This document shows positions 1-6,480 of a stretch of 9,483 nucleotides of DNA, piece by piece (position 1 is the first letter of the stretch; each line of letters opens with the position of its first letter). The translations under genes were made by a program, and so were the position numbers. Below the pieces are notes generated by a model. That model saw only the letters and a program-made list of their open reading frames with translations, made no database searches and was not told the DNA's origin. The stretch lies in sequence record OY723356.1, one strand, 5' to 3'.

Positions 1-20
1 AGGGTATTGGACAGGGCCCG

Positions 21-120
21 AAACCCCCAAAATGAGTGATTTGGGGTGCTCAAAACCATCGATTTTGGTGGTTTTGGCATGCAAAAAGGGTCGAAAACAC
101 CTCTTTTAGCCCCTTTTGCA
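21..120. repeat. A4/T4 module block with helically phased A/T tracts (unit A)
   Basis: A/T tracts start at 29, 40, 52, 63, 72, 83, 94, 104 and 114, a mean spacing of about 10.6 bp. The block contains the inverted repeat ccccaaa (25-31) / tttgggg (40-46). Confidence 0.8.
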
Positions 121-314
121 CATGGGAACACCACCCCATATACTAAGGGGGATCCTTCGAGGGATACAGAACCCCCGAAACCCCTTAAAGATGGTGTGTG
201 AGTACTCATGCATGTACCCTTTTAGCACCCTTTCTGACCCCCTTTCAGACCCCCTAAATGGTGCCATTCCTCGAAGGATGGCCCTTAAGGGGTGCCTGGA
301 AGGGTACCTAAAGA

Positions 315-410
315 GGTCCCAAAAGTGACCATTTTAGGGGGTCCCAAAACGTGTTGCAAAGGGGTACCCCTTTGGTCACCAAAAGTGATGATTTTGGGGA
401 CACCAAATGG
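315..410. repeat. A4/T4 module block (unit A)
   Basis: Tracts start at 321, 332, 346, 358, 371, 381, 392 and 405, spaced 10-14 bp. The block has a hairpin module ccaaaa (379-384) / ttttgg (392-397) and includes the 18-bp palindrome at 357-374. Confidence 0.75.
357..374. repeat. Perfect 18-bp palindrome caaaggggtacccctttg
   Basis: The sequence equals its own reverse complement and is centred on GGTACC. Confidence 0.9.
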
Positions 411-424
411 GTCGGAATGGGTAC

Positions 425-557
425 CTAATGACAGGATATGGCATACGGGATACCTGAGGAGATCACCTCCACAGGGAATGTCCCTCCGTGCATCCTGGGC
501 TACCGAGAGGCCTACGGGGAGTATCCCCATATCCTCTGAGAGCCATTATGACCATTA
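425..557 (+). repeat. Core motif copy c1 (unit A, full ~133 bp form)
   Basis: The sequence ctaatgacaggatatggcatacgggatacctgaggagatcacctccacagggaatgtccctccgtgcatcctgggctaccgagaggcctacgggg...ccattatgaccatta aligns with 3365-3497. Its centre 453-515 is identical to 4301-4363. Confidence 0.9.
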
Positions 558-669
558 CGAGCATCCCGGAGAGCATATCTGAGGACCTGAAATCCATGGT
601 TTTGGGGTCTAAAATGATGATTTTAGAGGTCTCAAAATGATGGATTTGGGGTCTGGAATCATGAGATCC

Positions 670-713
670 GGGGGTCTGGGGATGCCATGGGTATGGGATC
701 CAGGGATGCAGGG
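670..713 (+). other. Canonical G-quadruplex-forming motif (six G-runs), unit A
   Basis: The run is ggggg tct gggg atgccat ggg tat ggg atcca ggg atgca ggg. It has six runs of G3 or longer with loops of 3-7 nt. Confidence 0.6.
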
Positions 714-950
714 ATCCAGAGACCATGAGGGCATGCAGACCATATGCACTACATACCATGGTGTGTGTAGTAGGGATACAGACCACTATGGATACCATCA
801 CCATTAGATACATACTATGAGACCATATGCTGTGGGTATCGGATTGGGGGTCTGGGGATGTGCAGATCTGGAGACCATGAGCGGATCCGGAGACCATCAG
901 ATCATGAGATATGGGGTCCGGGGATGCTCGCGATGTATCTGAGGACCTGT

Positions 951-974
951 GCAGATAGGTATGCAGATAGGTAT
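951..974. repeat. 12-bp minisatellite (gcagataggtat) x2, unit A
   Basis: Perfect copies at 951-962 and 963-974. A related gcagataggtac lies at 1060-1071. Confidence 0.9.
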
Positions 975-1378
975 AGGCATTAGGTACTGAGGACTCGCAG
1001 AGAGGTACTGAGGACATGCACAGAGGACATGGCACAGAGGATACGGGCATACAGACCATGCAGATAGGTACTAAGGACTCGCAGACCATAGGTATTAGGT
1101 ATCTGAGGACACGGATGCCATGATCTGAGGACCCCAAGACCTCCAGAAATGGGGTATCTGAGGTATCCCGAGACCTCCCAAAATGGGTGTTTTGGACCCT
1201 AAATCACTCGTTTTGGGACCCTTTCTGGGTGCTCCCAGACCCCTCCCCAATGCCATCCCTAAGGTGCTCCTAAGGGATTCGGGCCCGTACCCCCTCAGAT
1301 AGGGTATCCCAGAGGGTGTCGGATTGGGGGTCTGGAGGTGCTCGGAACCCCTAAATTGTGTGCCCTTAGTGTATAGTA

Positions 1379-1397
1379 ACACACGCGCGCGCGCGCG
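1379..1397. repeat. Alternating purine-pyrimidine tract acacac(gc)6g containing (CG)7
   Basis: 19 nt of strict purine/pyrimidine alternation. (CG)7 lies at 1384-1397. Confidence 0.9.
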
Positions 1398-1439
1398 AAG
1401 GGCGGATCCGAGTCAGACAGAAAACGAATGCATCATTTT

Positions 1440-1700
1440 GGACCCTTTTGGAGACATTAGGGGTCTTAATGTGCACATTTGCGACCCCAAAAGGCCCAAA
1501 AGTGCCTAAAATGGGTCATTTTATGCCCTTTTCGGATGCACACAATGGGAATGCCATCGCCGGAGACCATATTCCTTACAGTGACCTTAGGAATATGAGT
1601 ACGCGAAATCGGGGCAATTATGCCATTTACGGGTACCCCTAAAATGAGCACTTTTGGACCCCTTTTGGCACCCTTTGGAGTCCTTAGTGTACTGGTGGCA
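1440..1700. repeat. A4/T4 module block (unit A)
   Basis: Tracts start at 1478, 1489, 1498, 1508, 1519 and 1529, spaced 9-11 bp. The block shares about 40 bp (taaaatga.cacttttgg.acc) with 2954-2975. Confidence 0.75.
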
Positions 1701-2071
1701 TGTGCATATCCCCTGATGCCTCTTTATCGAGGGAATGGGGATACCTGCATACCATACAGTATCTGTGTTACTAGTGGGTATCGGCACACCTCCCAAAACA
1801 TGTCATTTCGTGACATGATCTAGTCGAGATGAGCGAATCCACTACTATTGCATATCATGGCATAATGAGCTATACAGAGTACTACAGGTATTGGGGGTAT
1901 CCCTAATGGCAGCATATGCCCCATTAGAGGTATACACCATATCCCCTAGTATCCCTTACAGCACATACCATGGATAGGTACTCATTAGTAGTATAGAATG
2001 TGTATGTCATGACACCAAAACACATGTTTCGAGACATCTGAACACATGGTTTGCACGTATGATCATATACA

Positions 2072-2260
2072 GTATCTAGTGATATACAGGATACTAGTAG
2101 TATGCACGGATGGTATGAGGGGTACGGGATACCCCTACATCATAGCCTAACAGCATACACTACGAGTACTATGTATACCATGGATACTACATGTATACTA
2201 CTACGGGTAGGTACTCATGAGCAGTATCATCATGTAATTGCATGCATTTGATGACATGAA
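2072..2260. repeat. T2 sub-repeat, copy 1 of unit A (~189 bp)
   Basis: The sequence gtatctagtgata.acaggatactagtagtatgcacgg...catagcctaacagcatacactacgagtactatgtataccatggatactacatgtatactactacg.gtaggtactcatgag...catgtaattgcatgcatttgatgacatgaa is repeated at 2511-2698. Confidence 0.85.
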
Positions 2261-2466
2261 GTACTCATTATGAGTAGGTATACACATCTAATACCACTAG
2301 TACAACAGCATACACACCATTAGTACCATGTATCCTATGGTATACAGTACATGGGGAGTATAGGTACCATTACACCATGCAGAGGTGTATGGAGTACTAT
2401 ATGGTATATAGGGAGTATCCAGTAAACACCAGATATCATGTACTTGCATGCATTTGATGACATGAA
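2261..2466. repeat. T1 sub-repeat (206 bp), unit A copy 1
   Basis: The sequence gtactcattatgagtaggtatacacatctaataccactagtacaacagcatacacaccattagtaccatgtatcctatggtatacagtacatgggg...ccagatatcatg...gcatgcatttgatgacatgaa differs from 3587-3792 at about 6 positions over the same length. Confidence 0.85.
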
Positions 2467-2510
2467 ACACATGATTCGATGTGCTCATTAGTAGTATGTA
2501 TACACATATA

Positions 2511-2698
2511 GTATCTAGTGATACACAGGATACTAGTAGTATGCACGGAGGGTATGGGGATGCAGGATACCCCTATACCATAGCCTAACAGCATACACTA
2601 CGAGTACTATGTATACCATGGATACTACATGTATACTACTACGAGTAGGTACTCATGAGTAGTACCATCATGTAATTGCATGCATTTGATGACATGAA
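2511..2698. repeat. T2 sub-repeat, copy 2 of unit A (no positional counterpart in unit B)
   Basis: Aligns with 2072-2260 (offset ~438-439) with few substitutions. The homologous position in unit B carries other sequence. Confidence 0.85.
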
Positions 2699-2700
2699 AA

Positions 2701-2960
2701 CACATGATTTGATGTACTCAGATTACATGATTATGGTGATATCCAGTACATCACCAGATCCCTTAGAGACCATGGGGATCACTACATATGCTATAAGGAG
2801 TACACATGCTCTGCATGGTACCTATATCATAGGGTAGGGGTATCCCTCATGATACCTATGGAGACCATATCCTCTAGATACATGGTATGTGCTCAGAGGA
2901 TGGTGCCATGGTATGAGGTCCCCAAAAGGGTCTAAATACATGATTTAGGGGTCTAAAATG
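2701..2960. repeat. W block copy 1 (unit A, ~260 bp)
   Basis: The sequence cacatgatttgatgtactcagattacatgattatggtgatatccagtacatcaccagatcccttaga.accatggggatcactacatatgctataaggagta.acatgctctgcatggtacctatatcatagggtagggg...gaggatggtgccatggtatgagg.cccca recurs at 3987-4245 (offset ~1285-1286). Confidence 0.85.
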
Positions 2961-3135
2961 ACCACTTTTGGCACCTTTCTGGAGGTACCAAAACGGGTGA
3001 TTCAATCCCCCAAAAGGGGTCCGCAAATCAAGCCCAGAAATGGTCATAAAAAGGGCTCGTGGGGGTACCCCCATGAGCACTTTTAGGACCCTAAAATGGG
3101 TGTTTTGGACCCCTAAAATGGTGTATTTAGACCCT
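2915..3135. repeat. A4/T4 module block (unit A)
   Basis: Tracts start at 2924, 2934, 2944, 2955, 2966 and 2976 (10-11 bp apart), continuing at 2990, 3012, 3025, 3038 and 3048. The run aaaatgggtgttttggaccc at 3093-3112 also occurs at 1180-1199. Confidence 0.75.
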
Positions 3136-3157
3136 TTCGGAGGGGTACAGGCAACGA

Positions 3158-3323
3158 GTACTACTAGATACATACCAGCAGACCATGTATCCTATGGTAT
3201 ATAGGACATGGGGGCTACGGGTACCATTACACCATTACGGGAGTATATGGAGTACTATGGGTATCTAGAGGAGTCCCTGTAACACCAGATATCATGGTAT
3301 TGGCATGCATTTGATGACATGAA
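3158..3323. repeat. T1-related sub-repeat, diverged and 5'-truncated (unit A)
   Basis: Shares ccatgtatcctatggtata.ag.acatggggg...ggtaccattacacca...ggagtactat...caccagatatcatggtattggcatgcatttgatgacatgaa with the T1 consensus. Confidence 0.7.
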
Positions 3324-3364
3324 AACACATGATTTGATGACATGAAATGAGTAGGTATACACAT

Positions 3365-3497
3365 CTAATGACAGGATATGGCATACGGGATACCTGAGGA
3401 GACCACCTCCACAGGGAATACCCTCTCTGCACATCCAGGCTACCGAGAGGCCTACGGGGAGTATCCCCATACCTCTAAGGAGCCATTATGGCCATTA
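3365..3497 (+). repeat. Core motif copy c2 (unit A, full form, variant centre)
   Basis: Aligns base-for-base with 425-557 (offset 2940), apart from a variant patch around 3420-3437 and scattered substitutions. Confidence 0.9.
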
Positions 3498-3586
3498 GGG
3501 AGTATCCAGCACATCATTAGATACACGGAATATCATGTAATTGCATAGATTTGATGACATGAAATCATGTGTTTTGATGACATGAA

Positions 3587-3792
3587 GTACTCATTATGAG
3601 TAGGTATACACATCTAATACCACTAGTACAACAGCATACACACCATTAGTACCATGTATCCTATGGTATACAGTACATGGGGAGTACGGGTACCATTACA
3701 CCATGCAGAGGTGTATGGAGTACTATATGGTATATAGGGAGTATCCAGTAATCACCAGATATCATGTAATGGCATGCATTTGATGACATGAA
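3587..3792. repeat. T1 sub-repeat (206 bp), unit A copy 2
   Basis: Near-identical to 2261-2466 (offset 1326). Confidence 0.85.
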
Positions 3793-3984
3793 ACACATGA
3801 TTTGATGATATGAAGTACTCGATATGTACTCATTATGGGTACCACTAACACTAGTACTACAGCATATCCGTACAAGGGGAACCATAAGGATCCGCCCTTG
3901 CAGGTATTTGGGTACTATATGATGTATAGAGGGTATCCAGTAGACACCAGATATCATGATATTGCATGCATTTGATGACATGAA
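3793..3984. repeat. T1-related sub-repeat with replaced centre (unit A)
   Basis: It starts and ends like T1: acacatgatttgatgatatgaagtactc... and ...gggtatccagtagacaccagatatcatgatattgcatgcatttgatgacatgaa. The middle differs (...ccgtacaaggggaaccataaggatccgcccttgcagg...). Confidence 0.65.
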
Positions 3985-3986
3985 AA

Positions 3987-4245
3987 CACATGATTTGATG
4001 TACTCAGATTACATGATTATGGTGATATCCAGTACATCACCAGATCCCTTAGACACCATGGGGATCACTACATATGCTATAAGGAGTATACATGCTCTGC
4101 ATGGTACCTATATCATAGGGTAGGGGATATGCCCACGATACCTATGGAGACCACATCCTCTAGATACATGGTATGTGCACAGAGGATGGTGCCATGGTAT
4201 GAGGACCCCAAATGGGTCGAAATACATGTTTTAGGGGTGCCAAAA
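3987..4245. repeat. W block copy 2 (unit A)
   Basis: Aligns with 2701-2960, at roughly 90 % identity by eye. Confidence 0.85.
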
Positions 4246-4300
4246 CATGTGTTGCGAGTAGGTATCGGCACGGGATTAGCACATCTAGGGCATTATGGAA

Positions 4301-4399
4301 CCTGAGGAGATCACCTCCACAGGGAATGTCCCTCCGTGCATCCTGGGCTACCGAGAGGCCTACATGCAGTACCCCATATCCTCTAAGAGACCATTATGG
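4301..4399 (+). repeat. Core motif copy c3 (unit A, 99-bp form, ends the unit)
   Basis: 4301-4363 is identical to 453-515 (63 bp). The copy continues to ccattatgg at 4391-4399. Its 5' flank differs from c1 and c2. Confidence 0.9.
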
Positions 4400-4419
4400 A
4401 GGGTATTGGACAGGGCCCG

Positions 4420-4519
4420 AAACCCCCAAAATGAGTGATTTGGGGTGCTCAAAACCATCGATTTTGGTGGTTTTGGCATGCAAAAAGGGTCGAAAACACC
4501 TCTTTTAGCCCCTTTTGCA
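4420..4519. repeat. A4/T4 module block (unit B counterpart of 21-120)
   Basis: Identical sequence at +4399. Confidence 0.8.
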
Positions 4520-4712
4520 CATGGGAACACCACCCATATACTAAGGGGGATCCTTCGAGGGATACAGAACCCCCGAAACCCCTTAAAGATGGTGTGTGAG
4601 TACTCATGCATGTACCCTTTTAGCACCCTTTCTGACCCCCTTTCAGACCCCCTAAATGGTGCCATTCCTCGAAGGATGGCCCTTAAGGGGTGCCGGGAAG
4701 GGTACCTAAAGA

Positions 4713-4808
4713 GGTCCCAAAAGTGACCATTTTAGGGGGTCCCAAAACGTGTTGCAAAGGGGTACCCCTTTGGTCACCAAAAGTGATGATTTTGGGGACA
4801 CCAAATGG
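4713..4808. repeat. A4/T4 module block (unit B counterpart of 315-410)
   Basis: Identical sequence at +4398. Confidence 0.75.
4755..4772. repeat. Perfect 18-bp palindrome (unit B copy)
   Basis: Identical at +4398. Confidence 0.9.
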
Positions 4809-4822
4809 GTCGGAATGGGTAC

Positions 4823-4955
4823 CTAATGACAGGATATGGCATACGGGATACCTGAGGAGATCACCTCCACAGGGAATGTCCCTCCGTGCATCCTGGGCTA
4901 CCGAGAGGCCTACGGGGAGTATCCCCATATCCTCTGAGAGCCATTATGACCATTA
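4823..4955 (+). repeat. Core motif copy c1' (unit B)
   Basis: Counterpart of 425-557 at +4398. Confidence 0.9.
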
Positions 4956-5067
4956 CGAGCATCCCGGAGAGCATATCTGAGGACCTGAAATCCATGGTTT
5001 TGGGGTCTAAAATGATGATTTTAGAGGTCTCAAAATGATGGATTTGGGGTCTGGAATCATGAGATCC

Positions 5068-5111
5068 GGGGGTCTGGGGATGCCATGGGTATGGGATCCA
5101 GGGATGCAGGG
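5068..5111 (+). other. Canonical G-quadruplex-forming motif, unit B
   Basis: Identical copy at +4398. Confidence 0.6.
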
Positions 5112-5348
5112 ATCCAGAGACCATGAGGGCATACAGACCATATGCACTACATACCATGGTGTGTGTAGTAGGGATACAGACCACTATGGATACCATCACC
5201 ATTAGATACATACTATGAGACCATATGCTGTGGGTATCGGATTAGGGGTCTGGGGATGTGCAGATCTGGAGACCATGAGCGGATCCGGAGACCATCAGAT
5301 CATGAGATATGGGGTCCGGGGATGCTCGCGATGTATCTGAGGACCTGT

Positions 5349-5384
5349 GCAGATAGGTATGCAGATAGGTATGCAGATAGGTAT
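5349..5384. repeat. 12-bp minisatellite (gcagataggtat) x3, unit B
   Basis: Perfect copies at 5349-5360, 5361-5372 and 5373-5384. The extra copy accounts for the offset change from +4398 to +4410. Confidence 0.9.
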
Positions 5385-5787
5385 AGGCATTAGGTACTGA
5401 GGACTCGCAGAGAGGTACTGAGGACATGCACAGAGGACATGGCACAGAGGATACGGGCATACAGACTATGCAGATAGGTACTAAGGACTCGCAGACCATA
5501 GGTATTAGGTATCTGAGGACACGGATGCCATGATCTGAGGACCCCAAGACCTCCAGAAATGGGGTATCTGAGGTATCCCGAGACCTCCCAAAATGGGTGT
5601 TTTGGACCCTAAATCACTCGTTTTGGGACCCTTTCTGGGTGCTCCCAGACCCCTCCCCAATGCCATCCCTAAGGTGCTCCTAAGGGATTCGGGCCCGTAC
5701 CCCTCAGATAGGGTATCCCAGAGGGTGTCGGATTGGGGGTCTGGAGGTGCTCGGAACCCCTAAATTGTGTGCCCTTAGTGTATAGTA

Positions 5788-5806
5788 ACACGCGCGCGCG
5801 CGCGCG
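5788..5806. repeat. Alternating purine-pyrimidine tract acac(gc)7g containing (CG)8
   Basis: Counterpart at +4409. An A to G change (1383 vs 5792) lengthens the CG run to 5791-5806. Confidence 0.9.
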
Positions 5807-5848
5807 AAGGGCGGATCCGAGTCAGGCAGAAAACGAATGCATCATTTT

Positions 5849-6109
5849 GGACCCTTTTGGAGACATTAGGGGTCTTAATGTGCACTTTCGCGACCCCAAA
5901 AGGCCCAAAAGTGCCTAAAATGGGTCATTTTATGCCCTTTCCGGATGCACACAATGGGAATGCCATCGCCGGAGACCATATTCCTTACAGTGACCTTAGG
6001 AATATGAGTACGCGATATTGGGGCAATTATGCCATTTACGGGTACCCCTAAAATGAGCACTTTTGGACCCCTTTTGGCACCCCTTGGATCCCTTAGTGTA
6101 CTGGTGGCA
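5849..6109. repeat. A4/T4 module block (unit B counterpart of 1440-1700)
   Basis: Near-identical at +4409. Confidence 0.75.
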
Positions 6110-6480
6110 TGTGCATATCCCCTGATGCCTCTTTATCGAGGGAATGGGGATACCTGCATACCATACAGTATCTGTGTTACTAGTGGGTATCGGCACACCT
6201 CCCAAAACATGTCATTTCGTGACATGATCTAGTCGAGATGAGCGAATCCACTACTATTGCATATCATGGTGTAATGAGCTATACAGAGTACTACAGGTAT
6301 TGGGGGTATCCCTAATGGCAGCATATGCCCCATTAGAGGTATGCACCATATCCCCTAGTATCCCTTACAGCACATACCATGTACAGGTACTCATTAGTAG
6401 TACAGAATGTGTATGTCATGACACCAAAACACATGTTTCGAGACATCTGAACACATGGTTTGCACGTATGATCATATACA

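Larger units (their letters stand above)
1..4399. repeat. Macro tandem-repeat unit A (4,399 bp)
   Basis: Colinear with 4400-9483. Position 1 (agggtattgg) matches 4400. Offsets are +4399 (1 to ~134), +4398 (~138-962), +4410 (~975-1290), +4409 (~1295-2260) and +5084 (~2722-4399). Twin ORFs in the track confirm this: 285..530 vs 4683..4928, 2874..3173 vs 7958..8257, 3661..3981 vs 8745..9065. Confidence 0.95.

Noticed and set aside
454-490. A hammerhead ribozyme, suggested by the CUGAGGA box (CUGANGA consensus) in every core copy. Satellite-borne hammerheads are known.
   Set aside because: The sequence after the box (gatcacctccacagg) cannot form helix II. The downstream element is GAAU rather than GAAA. 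No plausible helix III or cleavage-site arrangement was found on either strand.
510-517. A 5S rRNA gene start (GCCTACGG), plus a CCTGGG..TACCG resemblance to the 5S 3' region.
   Set aside because: Only an 8-mer and a loose 3' resemblance match. The order is wrong, because the 5S 3'-like part precedes the 5S 5'-like part. No internal control region or complementary ends are present.
463-1137. The longest track ORF (224 aa, minus strand) and the other 60-116 aa ORFs as protein-coding genes.
   Set aside because: The ORFs lie entirely within short-motif repeats and their translations are low-complexity (for example SSVP, YLHTYLH). They overlap ORFs on the opposite strand. Their unit-B counterparts are split by a stop codon or shifted by 1-bp indels despite about 99 % nucleotide identity. 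I recognise no protein family, and there are no convincing start or RBS contexts.
2995-3010. A tRNA T-arm or box-B-like sequence (gggtgattcaatcccc) that might indicate a tRNA gene or tRNA-derived SINE.
   Set aside because: The flanking bases do not pair into a T-stem (gggtg vs ccccc). There is no box A, acceptor stem or anticodon arm nearby.
3081-3120. Telomere-like words: CCCTAAA/TTTAGGG heptamers (for example 3089-3095 and 3111-3117) and C4A4/G4T4 octamers (for example 24-32, 392-399 and 2920-2927).
   Set aside because: They always occur as single units inside the A4/T4 modules and never in tandem. They follow trivially from the G/C-run plus A4/T4 design, so this is not a telomere or subtelomeric tract.
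3414-3440. A diversity-generating retroelement (template/variable repeat pair), suggested by the localized c2 vs c2' differences.
   Set aside because: The differences are not adenine-specific and include indels. There is no reverse transcriptase or target gene, and both copies lie in non-coding repeats.
2230-4000. A CRISPR array, suggested by the regularly recurring gcatgcatttgatgacatgaa motif every ~190-240 bp.
   Set aside because: The spacing is far longer than CRISPR repeat-spacer periods. The intervening spacer sequences are themselves repeated (the T1 and T2 families). The motif is embedded in longer homologous units, and there are no cas genes or a leader.
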